NCBI RefSeq assembly: GCF_000150275.1 | Contig: NW_002060974.1 | Coordinates: 93,744 to 157,743 of the forward strand | Length of the DNA: 64,000 nt | Reading direction: 5' to 3' | Source of the DNA: Trichoplax adhaerens | Lineage: Eukaryota > Animalia > Placozoa | Part shown: piece by piece, positions 44,658 through 64,000 of the stretch | Layout of the letters: every line of letters starts with the position of its first letter | Position numbering within the stretch: the first letter of the stretch is position 1 | The notes under the pieces: model-generated | What the model saw: only the letters and a program-made list of their open reading frames with translations | Told to the model about the DNA's origin: nothing | The model's database searches: none | Program-made: the position numbers and the translations under genes

Positions 44658-47600
44658 TTATTTTTTGGGTTTGAAAAATTTTAGATAAATGACAAGTCCT
44701 AGGATACCCACTTCCAATATGATAATGAATCCCAGCAACAATTTGTTTGTAACGACCCTGTAGTGTATTGTAAAAATCTATTTTAAGAATAAAAGAATGA
44801 TATTACTATTAAAATCTAATGGTAAAATGCGCTTACCTTCTACCAATGGTTGATATTAGTCTTCGACTTTTGCCGAGTTCCTGATTTGTGCCGGTCAACT
44901 GATATAAAATTATGAAAGTTCTTAGTGTAAATGTCTAAATCATGAAAGCCATTTTCAAAGCTGAAGTCACGGTTATTAAAATACAGCTGCAATACTTACG
45001 GTATCTCTAGTTCGAACAAGTGATTCCCGCTGGTCTCCCAGGTCTGTTAATATATTTATACCGACTTCGTCTTTATTTTTACCAGTAAGTAGGTTCATAA
45101 TTTTTGGATTTAAACAAGAAATTGAAAAATTAGAAAGTTAGCAGCTAAGATCGGTGAAAAATAAATTATAAAAAATTAAGGTAAAGATTTTTAAATCCTA
45201 TTATTGAACCTATTTAAAGATTTGAGGCATACATATTACGAATTTGTATTTATCAATAACCTGTTTCCGCGGCAACACGTTGTGATCTAGCAACGCTTTC
45301 ACTAGCTCGATTAAGCGTCTCATTTCCTTGAATTAACTTGGCTCTGTAGTCAAGTTCAGCTCTCTGTAAATTTTGAAGAGAATGGGATAAAGATTACAAA
45401 TACACCTATCTGTGGAGCGTTAAAATTGCCTATTTTTATACCATACATCCGCCGAAATAAGCTGGTAAGAAATAAAACTACACGCAGTAATCAATCTTGC
45501 ACAATGTAAAATAATACGAATAATTTCTAGCAGCTACTTATCAAAATTAATTATGTAAAGATCTTGTTTCTTAAATTTATATTCCTACACTTACTTCGAT
45601 AGCAGTGTCACCACTGTTACCAAATAATTGTTCGCGTCCGGCAGCCATGGAACTGTTACTAGTCGTAACGTCGTTCTAAACGTTGAAAATATAGTTAAAT
45701 ATGATTAATCTCATAACTTTATTCACAGCTTAAAATAGATAGGTTTGAGATTTATAGATAGAGCTTAATTGAATCTTATAGAATACGAAATCTTCGGTAG
45801 CTATACCTACTGAATCATAAAGAGCACAATAACAGAGAGAGTTACATGATAAGCTAATATTTTTGCCTACCAACTTATATTTGTATTGCTCGTATTCACG
45901 ACGTAGAGATCTTGCTTTGGATGACATTTGATTGCGATAGCTTGCCGGAGCTTGTTGTAGCTCAGCATCCAAATCATTTAACTAATAAATATGGCTTGTA
46001 TTAATTACAACAGTTTAAGAGCATTTACATACGATCCAGAAGCGAGTATTATTTTAGTATTTAGCTTATCAAGACTACAATGTTACGTACAGTATTTAAC
46101 TAAATTATGAAACATATTAAATTGATGATCATTATAGGTATTGGAAATTAGAAAATATTAGTGTCACACCAGTTACAACAAATGATAATTATGCTATTGA
46201 CCCGCGGTAAATAGTAAACGCCTGTAAAACTTGTAATTCAAAATGTAACTATGATATTGTGTCTATGATATACATATTAATATGGAAAATTTACTCTTGC
46301 ATACTGGTGTTATAATAAATTCACGTTGGTAAACATACCAAATATTTGACTTCATCTAGCTTTTTCTGAGTCTTTCTAATAGTATTTTTTCTCTGTTCTG
46401 TAAATGGAAGTAAATGTCAAATGTTTAGCAATGGTTTTTCATTTAGTCATCATGGAAATAGCATTTACCATGGATTAAAACAATATCAGAATAACACTTA
46501 ATAGTATTCTACTCGTACTATAAGTCTTATTGGGTATACGTTGCAAAAACCAAGAAGTACACTATACAATAAATAGAAGCACAACATTATACATAAAGAG
46601 CATTTACTACATGCAGTAAAAATATTGAAAGACTGGAGCTAGCAGAATTGCTTATAAACTTATACGTGATAATGGTGATGACACAAATTTTCTGAGAGAG
46701 TGCCTGTGATCATTAGTACACAATGACAGAGCATGTATACTCGATTAATCCACATACGTAAAGACTCGTTAATAGCGTTACTATTTTATCATTTGTAAGC
46801 AAACGAGTCTACGATAATCATATCACATTATGTCATGAATACCTAGCGAATAAAGATTATCGAAACGTAGTACTGTAATCATTCTTCAATGGTGGGCATG
46901 GGTGCGATCATCGATACAACAGTTCCTATTTACTCTATTTACTTCACTCCTTTCAAGTAGTTGCAGTCACGAGACGCAAGTCAACTACTTTTTTCCGACT
47001 ATAAGATTAGATAATTGAAATGTACTTTCTATCGCACATGACTTTATACTGTAGAAATAGAAATAATCAAGCATTGCATGTGGCATGAAGAAGACTATTG
47101 CTAATGGAAGTTTCGAAGCAGGACTAATATCCTATAGTACTGTAGAGTACAGGTCCAATTTTAAACTCAAGTGTAGTTCTTAATTTAGTACGTAACTGGT
47201 ATTTGACACGTTCACCTCGTCTCCTATTTGTAACGTAAAAGGAGTCTTTTAAGAACTTAGAGAGAGAGTCATCGTATTAAACTAAATATAATTCAGTGTA
47301 ATGATCATTGGAAAAGTAGATTTAAGTGGTCATGTCCAGATGAAAGTCTTTTAACAGCATTTAATTGACCAACCGACGACTAGTCTTCGCCTATATTTGT
47401 ATACAGTAGATTAGACACGATTGGCTGTACCATTATACGCATATACTGCAGTGTAGGGTCAACGATCTGTCAGTACCGTAGCATCGTTATTCTGAAATGC
47501 ATCAATAAGGGATGATTGAAAGGCAAACCAGAAATTTGTACAGTGATCCATTTGCAAATAAGTAATACATAGGCATTTATTATATTATTGATAAGTAAAG

Positions 47601-47868
47601 GGATAAGGTTGTCTTTTTCAATTAAGTTGAGTGGCTACTACTACGCCTGACTACCCGTCGAAGTTCCTGTCGCCATCGATTACTATTCTATCCTACCTTT
47701 AGACGAAAGTAGGCTACAATAGCGTGTTTTAGATCAATATTGAAAGTATGGATCCTAGTTGACTGTACCTCCAGATTCTTTCGGTATGGTAATATTGATG
47801 GTTTTATCCACTTCCTTAAAGAGGAACGCTAAATCCTCGCAACAATTTTCGAATCTTTCCGATGACAT
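44658..47868 (-). CDS. VTI1B: Qb-SNARE Vti1b (Habc domain, SNARE motif, C-terminal transmembrane anchor), 8-9 coding exons
   Basis: MSSERFENCCEDLAFLF...|EQRKNTIRKTQKKLDEVKYL|LNDLDAELQQAPASYRNQMSSKARSLRRE...RAKLIQGNETLNRASESVARSQRVAAETDEVGINILTDLGDQRESLVRTRDTLTGTNQELGKSRRLISTIGRRVVTNKLLLGFIIILEVGILGLVIYLKFFKPKK*. The TNKLLL and YxKFF motifs favour VTI1B over VTI1A. Confidence 0.95.
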
Positions 47869-48242
47869 GATGGCTGCCTACGGGGAAATGCTCGACTGTC
47901 TAGTTCTACAGTGAGGTGGTCGACTGCGGTACAGTACTGTACTCTACCGGTATTTACCAGCCCATGCTACTGACCAAATGCTATACTGTACTGTGCAATG
48001 TCGACATGTATCTTGTTGTTGTAGTTATCGTTGCGTTTACTTGCGTACTGTACTGATTGCCCTAAAGTACAGTACAGTACGCTACAGTACTAGTACTGTA
48101 GTGTAGTACAGTGAAAACGACTGTGATACTGTACAGCACATTGTACCATCAGCACCATTCAGTAGTACGTGTAAGGTACTGGACGGTTCAAAAAAAGTTC
48201 TTTCTGTTTTTTACTACAGTAGTAGTTACAGTCAACAATGCA

Positions 48243-49212
48243 CCTTATGACTACAGTATGACAACGATGACAACGATGACATCATGATCATTTATCGCCA
48301 TTCGTAAGCTTAATTCCTCCTTTTCCTGGTGATCGTTCATGCTGTTTTCGTGCAATTAGATAGTTCTCAAATTCAAAATTCAATCGTTTTCTTGATTCTC
48401 ACCAGTTTCAACTGAGTTTATGCATACTTTGTACTACCTTATGACTACATACAGTCTACAGTATGGCAACGATAACTTCATGATCATTCATCGCCATTCG
48501 TAAGCCTAATTCCTCCTTTTCCTGGTGATCGTTCATGCTGTTTTCGTGCTATTAGATAGTTCTCAAATTCAAAATTCAATCGTTTTCTTGATTCTCACCA
48601 GTTTCAACTGAGTTTATGCATACTTTGTACTACTTTATGACTACATACAGTCTACAGTATGACAACGATAACATCATGATCATTCATCGCCATTCGTAAG
48701 CCTAATTCCTCCTTTTCCTTGTGATCGTTCATGCTGTTTTCGTGCTATTAGATAGTTCTCAAATTCAAAATTCAATCATTTTCTTGATTCTCACCAGTTT
48801 CAACTAAATTTATGCATACTTTGTACTACTTTATGACTACATACAGTCTACAGTATGACAACGATAACATCATGATCATTCATCGCCATTCGTAAGCCTA
48901 ATTCCTCCTTTTCCTTGTGATCGTTCATGCTGTTTTCGTGCAATTAGATAGTTCTTAAATTCAAAATTCAATCGTTTTCTTGATTCTCGCCTGTTTCAAC
49001 TGAGTTTATGTATACTTTGTAGTACCTTATGACTACATACAGTCTACAGTATGACAACGATAACATCATGATCATTCATCGCCATTCGTCAGCCTAATTC
49101 CTCCTTTTCCTTGTGATCGTTCATGCTGGGGTATTCGTGTAATTCGATAGTTCTCAAATTCAATCGTTTTCTTGATTCTCACCAGTTTCAACTGAGTTTA
49201 TGCATACTTATA
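48243..49212. repeat. Tandem repeat, ~196 bp x5, highly homogeneous
   Basis: 'cgccattcg' anchor at 48297, 48492, 48688, 48884, 49080; units differ by only a few substitutions or indels. Confidence 0.97.
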
Positions 49213-51670
49213 TGACGGAAGCGATTCTGATTCAATACAGTAAGATTTCCGAGCTCATTGCAAACTCATATCACTCAACGGCTAAAGCCTGAGTAGATCA
49301 CAGTATCGTTTCCGTGACATTTTAAAGTTCTCTACTCGACATGGGTGCTATGAACAAAGATTTCTATTAAAGATGAACCATACACAAGTAACAGTACAGT
49401 ATAGTACACAGGAACGTCCGAAAATACAGTACTGCATGCCTTACTCTATTTTATTTATTTATTTATTTTTTCCCCTCTTATAAAGTTAATATTAGCAATT
49501 CTATACTTTTTGCGGACAGTGTTACAAGAGGATATGCTGGTTAACACATCTCCTTGTATAGGGAAGTTCCTGGGATTACATACGCGTACATTGAATTCAT
49601 GGGAGTTATTAAACAGCTTTCAACCAACTACTGTAGGTCTAACAGAAATTCCAGGAGAATTTTCTCTTATTAGAAGTCGCTGACGATATTTAGGACTGCA
49701 GTCCTAAGCTGTATGTACAGCACTATACCGAAATTTATTCCGAGAAGAAGGGGCGGATTTAATTACATACAGTACGCATGTGACTACTTAATTAATTAAT
49801 CGCTCTGAAATCAAATTATTATTAGCGGGTAAGTGAGGATTATTAGCTTTAAAGCGACCGTATTTGGTGACAGAGCTATAGTAGTTTACAGTAGTAGTTT
49901 AAATTAGAAGCAAGATCACTTCAGTATATTGCAAGCGGTAAAGCTATTACCTCCACCAGTTGGTCATTTGCCGAAAATATATAAAATAACGAAGGTGTCG
50001 GAGAAAGGGGTGAAATACCCTTGAAGCATCCCTTAATTCATGGAATCGCCAAATTCAGCTGTTCATCATAATGTCCATCCTAATGATGGGTGACTGATAG
50101 GGTTTATCCGCTTAAAATGCAGGTTGAGTATTGCAGAACCAACTTGAATGTTCTCAAACATCATTAATAAAAGTTAATATTCGTACATGTATTCTAGTAA
50201 TTATGATAATACTGTACTCGTACGTTGATAAATAAATAAATGTTGAGCCAACTGTTGAGTATTTGCTGTCTGTACAGTATTTAGTTTCTGCATCTATACA
50301 TACAGCATGTCTACGTATGAAACTGGAATCTATATTAAATCCGCATGGACTTGTACTGCACCATGCTAATATACTGATGTAGTCAAGTATTTACGTATTA
50401 TAATTTCATACAGTAAATTCCAACGATTTTCAGTCACTGTGTAAATAACTTATGAAAAGTAAAATATAATGCAAATAGGTTGCGTAAAATAATTTCATTA
50501 AAATCGTAACAATGATTTACTTACAGTTAGTAATAATAATGGTCTTAGGTATAATTAGCTATAGGACTGGTAAGATCGTTCACGTTGCACTACATTTATA
50601 CCCACATTGGCCAAGTAAATAACAAGATATTTATTTATCTATCGATTGTCCATAACTGAGTCTACGGTATCACAACAGGAAACTATGCATATTCGTTGCT
50701 ACTTCACTACTAGAGGAAATATGCATAGAAGATACTTTATCCAATCTGTTGCAAAAATGATTTTACTTAAAGCTAGCCTAGTAGTGATTATTTTATTATT
50801 TTAGAGAAAAGTCATCATACTGGACGAGAAAAGATATAGGAGAAATATAGATTTACAGAGTCGATAGACTATCTATAGGTCTTATGATTAATACAATTCT
50901 TGAATATAAGAAATCACGATCTAGAATTGTTATCACTTGAGTAAAGGTGCTACTCTTGTTCGATGACAAGCTGAAGTCAGGATCAATTTTTGACCAACGT
51001 TATGACGCAATACTCATAGGCATTTGATAACTGGTGAGAAATACTTGACGATAACTGCACCCTCCTGGCGTCTATTATTTAGCTAAAGTGATTGACTTCG
51101 CGGGGATATTATTTGTCGATATTTCGTCTAGCGAATAATAAGCCAATGTGCGTATTTCGGAGTCTTACATTTTACATTCGATAAACGATCAATGACAATT
51201 ATCCAAACTGTTGCCCAATATGAAAAATGTTAAGTACAAGTAAGTTCCAGAAAATCAGATAAGACGCAGCTAAGGCATCCAGACTTGAGACATTGGCTAT
51301 CTTTATCGTAATTAATATCATTATTTCATTCATATTTAGTATTGTCTCAAAATAACTGACGAAAGATGTTTATTTTAAGTAGAAATGAGCGCGTACAGCT
51401 ACATGCGGACCGGCATCCCGTAGTCATTAATATAATTGCGTGGTAGCTGCATATAGTTATAAATAGGATGCTTTTAAAATAGGCAGACTTTTTCGAATTT
51501 TTCTTGCAGTGGTTGCTGTCACAGCTTGCTGCGTAAAGAGCTGTAAATTTAGTACAGAATTTAGATCTATTTAATTCCTTTCGTATCAGAAATTAAGAAA
51601 AAATTAAAATAAACTAAATTTCTCCATTGCAACATACGCACGATAGAACACATTAAGTAATCAATTCTCG

Positions 51671-54527
51671 ATGGATACTAAAGCTAACAGGTAAAAAAAA
51701 AATACCATACAAAACTTTATGATGCTGCATGTAGATCTTGTACGATTATCTACGTTAACGTAAAATCTAAGTTTTCATTATTACAGTAATAATAAATGTG
51801 CTTTGCTAAGCTGCTGTTAACGAACATTGTGGTAACGGTTGAAACCTACGCACGTATTATCTACTCTAGTATTCTCGTATCTGCTTTACGAGTAAACTTG
51901 CATTAATCTATGCCTTTTTTCATTTTTTAGTGAAAATTATTCGTACGAAGACGTAGAAGCAATCTGCAAGTTCTTGTTGGAAAAATCTCATTATCGTCCA
52001 AAAATTGGAATTATTTGCGGTTCAGGACTGTCAAACTTAGCTGATATATTACAGGAACAAGAAGTAATTGCATATTCGGATATACCGAATTTTCCCACAT
52101 GTACAGGTGACAATCCCGGTGATAAACTCTGGGATATTTATAGGCATATTTTGCATTAATTTAATTATAATACTGCACTTGCCGTACGAATATAAGATAC
52201 TAGTGCAAACTCCCGTCGCTTTGCTGACGGTTTACGATAATGTGCTCATTTAACAGATAGTATTACCATTTGATAGACCTGTCAGATTCGGAACTAAGAT
52301 TGCTATAGCTCCTAAAAGATATTATAAGCTTGCAGTACTATGTCTTCTTTACGATATTAGTCAGATACTACCTATTACTGTTATGTACAGGCAGTTGATA
52401 TAGTCTAAGTAAAATTGTAGTAGGTGACCATAAGAACTTAAAAATTAAAGATAGTTAATTTACTGACTGCTATCTTAGCTTGGAGATCAATATGAGCGAG
52501 TGTAGCACCACGTAGCATATTAAAAATTTCACAAGTACCGTAATTTGAGAAGAATTGGACAATGATACTGTACCATCGTAATGCTGTAAAATAAATTTTT
52601 AAGTATACAGTAATATACTATATTTTCTAAGATGGTGATTGTCTTTATATGTCTGTTCATGGGTACTTTACATTTGCCATTTGATATCCAATTAGTCATG
52701 TTGCATTTCTTATTTTGCTGAACTTTTATTGCTTCATTCATACACATTTATAAGGTGCTACAGTATCAAAAATCTATTTAGAAAAAGAGCATCATACATG
52801 ATTTTTACTGCAATGTTTGCCTATGATTTCATGATGTAAAAAATAGTTCATGCTCTTAAGTTATTTCTTTCGTCAATAGTTCAAGGCCATAGGGCATGTT
52901 TAGTTTTTGGGATCTTAAACGATAAACCTGTTATCTGTATGCAAGGGCGATTTCATAAGTATGAAGGTTATTCAACATCTAAGGTTAGAGTTTAATTATT
53001 TATACAGAAGTAACTGTAAAATATTAGACTTCAATTCACTCAAATTCTTACTGTACAGTATAACTAATAAATATGTTAATTTACGCATTTATATGTAGTA
53101 CTATCTATCAAAGACATACTATATGAATGTACTATACTATATTGTGATTACTTAGTTATACATGCTATAGGCTTTAATTTCACAGTAAGAGTGATGGAGG
53201 GTTCGATATCTCAGAGGATTGAGATTTAGTCGCCATTTACAATTATTACAACAAAGGGTTTATAAAAGTTATGCTTTATTGTAGGTTAGTAATGTGAAGT
53301 ACAGTGAGGTAGTTACGGTAGATCAGCGTGCAAGCTGTCGTGAGTAACGAGTAGAAGTATTAGACTGTGAGAGACTAACTAGAAGACTAACTGAGAGGCT
53401 AATGAACTCTGAGGTAGAAATCGCCGGTATTTATAGTTTTAAAGATAGAGCACATGCAGAGAATAGGATTGTGGAATTAGATACAACATATACCATAACA
53501 GGTTACAAAATAGCAGATGATTGTAGAAAACAGCGAGTACCGTAATAACTAAATACAGTAGTCTATATATGAATGTAGAGTAAACGGACTGTAGATCTGT
53601 CTAAATATAAGAGTAATACAACATGTCTATATTTAAGAGTAGAATATAGTTACAGTATATTCTAAATACACTACAGTAAGTTATAAAGATAGCAGCTGAT
53701 TCTTGAATTAGTTTGCAAAAACATGGATAAAAAGAATAGCAAGCACTTTAAACTGAGAAAAGATATTTTAAATACGTGATTAAGATACATAGTATACTAT
53801 AGTTATACTATCATTTAAATGTAGTATTTGTTCTGCATATTTTGTTATACTGTAGGTTGCATTACCTGCTAGGCTTATGTATCTACTTGGAGTTGAAATT
53901 ATGATAGTGACTAATGCCGCCGGCGGTATTAATAGCGATTATGATCCAGGTAACATTATGATCATAAAAGATCACATCAATTTTCCTGGTATGGCAGGTG
54001 GTAGTGTTTTACGAGGGCCTAACGATGAAAGGTAAGACTAATAACTTAGATAAATTTCACATTGAATATGAGGTTAGTTGCAGTTTAATATATACTTCGA
54101 ACGAAGTTTATTTGATGCTTTACTGATGCGAACTAGATTTGGTCCACGTTTTCCAACTATGAATAATGTATATAATGACAAGCTGAGAGAACTAGTGAAA
54201 GTAGCTGCCAAAAATTGTGGAATATCTAATATCAGAGAGGGTGTATACTGCTTTCTAGGAGGGCCCAGCTTTGAGACGGTTGCTGAACTGCGCTTCTTAA
54301 AAGCAGCTGGTGTGGATGCTGTAGGAATGAGTACTGTGCCCGAAGTTGTTGCTGCGGGACATTGTGGCTTGAAAGTGTGTGGTTTATCGTTAATTTCTAA
54401 TAAAGCCATCATGGATTACGATACTGATGATAAGCCTAATCACGAAGAAGTTTTAGATACGGGAAAAACTAGCTGTGCTAACATACAGTCGTTAGTATCA
54501 GATCTTTTAAGACTTATAGAAGTGTAG
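51671..54527 (+). CDS. PNP: Purine nucleoside phosphorylase (trimeric, 6-oxopurine type). Exons 51671-51690, 51931-52107, 52880-52983, 53856-54031, 54137-54527
   Basis: GIICGSGL, YSDIPNFP, MQGRFHKYEGY, VTNAAGG, DHINFPG, GPSFETVAE, DAVGMSTVPEV, LISNK, NHEEVL motifs. The identity of the first exon is less certain. Confidence 0.96.
53190..53675 (-). mobile_element. Putative solo-LTR-like insertion in PNP intron 3
   Basis: Flanked by the direct repeat (ACA)GTAAG at 53182-53189 and 53673-53680. On the minus strand it begins TGTAGTG, has TATAAATA at 53435-53428 and AATAAA at 53280-53275, and ends CATCACT. It is purine-rich on +, unlike its flanks. Confidence 0.5.
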
Positions 54528-56072
54528 GCAAGATAACTATCGTATACATCCAATCATAAGAATGCAATAATTATCATAAAATATCGAAATTGGGCAGGAA
54601 CTTGAATGGTTATATCACTAGATTGAAACAATTTGTTACGTTAGGAATATTTTGTTTGATTTCTCATACTATACGTAAATAATAATTGTTTGCCGTTGTA
54701 CCTCATAATCACATTGCTTTACTTAAACGTATAAATTTTAATTTAATTTAATCTACTAACTTGTTTCATGATCAACTTACTTATGAATAAAAGGTTACGA
54801 TGACAACAGCAATGCAAATTGATGAGAATACGTCTATACTGCGACTCGTATACGCGAGTATAATATAACGCGTACTCGTAATATATTCTTGCGAATAAAT
54901 CACAGTTCGCCTGTATCTGCTATTTTCTTAATCGAATCTTTTATTTTGAAAAGCCAGCATATCTATGAGAAATTTGTTTTTGGTTTTCCTCATTTTCTTT
55001 AATGTTTATAAATTAATACTATATTATATTGCACCATCTATCTTTTGCCCTTTTTTTAATTTGATAATGAAATGGAACTGATAAGTAGTACAAGTGAGGC
55101 GTGGGTTACTGACTTTTGATTTGATAATATTAGTATTACTTATGCAGCATTTGCGTAATATTGTACAATAGGATATCGAGTGCGAAAGTGCTTTTATGAG
55201 TGCGTTTCTGTCGTGTTAGGATTGGCTAAGATATTCGAGATATTGTGGGTGTATACCTATAGAGCTATAAGAAACCAGATTTGGATACCAGGGACTTTTA
55301 CAGTAGTAGTCGGTTTATTTTACGGGCAAAGGCCGAAGTCTGCAGGCCAGTGTCTGCCATTTTCTGAATAAAATTGACAAATTCGTATTTATAACATACT
55401 CGTATCAGGGACCTGTAAGATCTTACAAGTCCCTGCTCATACGTACGTAAGCACTATTAGGATACTTTTAATCGCTAAGGCAATTAAAATATTGCAATTT
55501 GTCTATTTAAAATAGATCAAGAATAGTGGGCACTAGCTGATTTTACAGCTTGGCTGCGATATGTAAGAGTATAACTATATATAACATATACACCTGCATG
55601 CAAAGGATGGCGTATGCTATAGACAGATTGTGTTCCGAGTTTAGAACCAGCCATTTGTTCTTTATTTACAGCAGTCCAATATAAGATAGTACGAGCGTCT
55701 GTCTGCCCGCCAATTTCGTTCTAGAGTACGCTTTTAGCAGTAAAATAACAGTACAGTAGTATTGACTTCCTTCGGTAGGACAGTTTCAACGAAGTGTACA
55801 AAACAATTTATGCAAAATAGCTAGAGCTAAGCTAGACCCCTACACCTGTCGATAGTTCGGTTTCGACGCAAATCTACTTGATGTTCTCTTTCTCCAAAAA
55901 GAATAAGCGGAGCGGACTGACGTACTGCGATACGCCTGCTATGGACTTAATGAAGCTACATGTTCTACTTCATCAGCCACCTTGGATATCAATCGCAATA
56001 TCAGAAATTCCATTTCTTTTCTCGTTGTCTACAGCTGGCTTTTTAGAGGCAATCTTCATGTTGAAGCAATTT

Positions 56073-56083
56073 AAAAAAAAAAA
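56073..56083 (-). terminator. RNA polymerase III oligo(T) terminator for the 5S gene
   Basis: A11 run on + (T11 on -) starting ~13 nt past the 5S 3' end. Confidence 0.65.
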
Positions 56084-56096
56084 TTTTGGATAGAGG

Positions 56097-56215
56097 TGCC
56101 TACGGCATGAGGTATTCCCAAGCGGTCACCCATCTAAGTACTAACCCCACTCGACGCTGCTTAACTTCCGTGATCAGACGAGAACGGGTGTATTCAACGT
56201 GATGTGGTCGTAGGC
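56097..56215 (-). rRNA. 5S rRNA gene, single dispersed copy
   Basis: Minus strand reads GCCTACGACCACATCACGTTGAATACACCCGTTCTCGTCTGATCACGGAAGTTAAGCAGCGTCGAGTGGGGTTAGTACTTAGATGGGTGACCGCTTGGGAATACCTCATGCCGTAGGCA (119 nt). It has box A (AGTTAAGC), a box C region, terminal helix I, and an upstream TATAAAT at about -25 to -30. Confidence 0.96.
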
Positions 56216-56344
56216 GACAGTGAAAGTTATAATTGTCTATTTATATCATTAGTCGCATGCAGGTAAGGTACTATACTTCAGTTGTGTAATCCAGTCTAGT
56301 GAATTCCCACTATTCAGAGAGTCTGCCATGGTCCTCGGGAGGCA

Positions 56345-56500
56345 ACTGTACATTGTACAATACAGTATGTACAGTACAGTGTACAGTACAGTCATTCACA
56401 GTACATAGTATTGTGAAATGGACATTACAATCCTCACAACTTACAGTACAGTACTGTACAGTACACGACACTGTACGGTACAGTAATGTACTGTACTGTG
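56345..56500. repeat. Low-complexity TACAG/TACTG-type cluster between 5S and the EML start
   Basis: Dense 'gtacagtacagtgtacagtacag' and 'tacagtacagtactgtacagtac'. Similar clusters at ~9410-9830, 19240-19310 and 47925-48140. Confidence 0.8.
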
Positions 56501-56654
56501 ACTGACTCTAAAGCGCTTCGCGGGTTAATTAATTAACGGTCTTGTCAGCACCAATGATTGATGAACTATGAGTAAAAGTGCTCCGACATTGCTCGCTGGG
56601 CTACAACATTATTGAACTTTAACTTGGAGATTTTGTATACCCAGCCATTATTGA

Positions 56655-64000
<7,346 letters not shown>

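Noticed and set aside
55180-56093. Short ORFs, or tRNA/snRNA/SL RNA linked to the 5S gene
   Set aside because: No cloverleaf, recognisable snRNA sequence or protein similarity is visible by eye. A covariance-model scan would be needed to exclude them fully.

Overview
AT-rich, intron-dense eukaryotic genomic DNA from an animal. The compact GT-AG introns and gene content suggest an early-branching metazoan such as a placozoan, but this is inference. The ORF track mostly shows single exons or spurious frames, so I rebuilt the genes by hand from splice sites and reading phase. Left to right: the 5' part of a kindlin/FERMT gene (-, runs off the left edge); complex tandem-repeat arrays (5.7-8.7 kb); a complete SEC23 (+, 25 coding exons); a complete CCDC88/Girdin-Daple-like gene (-, about 30 exons, roughly 2,900 aa); about 7 kb with no confident gene; a complete VTI1B SNARE (-); a 196-bp x5 tandem repeat; purine nucleoside phosphorylase (+) with a probable solo-LTR-like insertion in intron 3; one dispersed 5S rRNA gene (-); and the first 20 exons of an EML5/EML6 gene (+, runs off the right edge). 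The most striking observation is a single 4.4-kb exon in the CCDC88 gene. It encodes about 12-13 indel-free copies of a cryptic 91-residue (13-heptad) coiled-coil repeat with a 4-unit super-period, followed by five recent 31-aa repeats. Other leads: a divergent GBA-like motif, a 15-nt microexon in VTI1B, an in-frame upstream exon and CREB3/XBP1-type sites at SEC23, candidate alternative first exons of PNP, and TACAGTA/TACTGTA clusters near gene 5' ends. No prokaryotic features or CRISPR arrays were seen.
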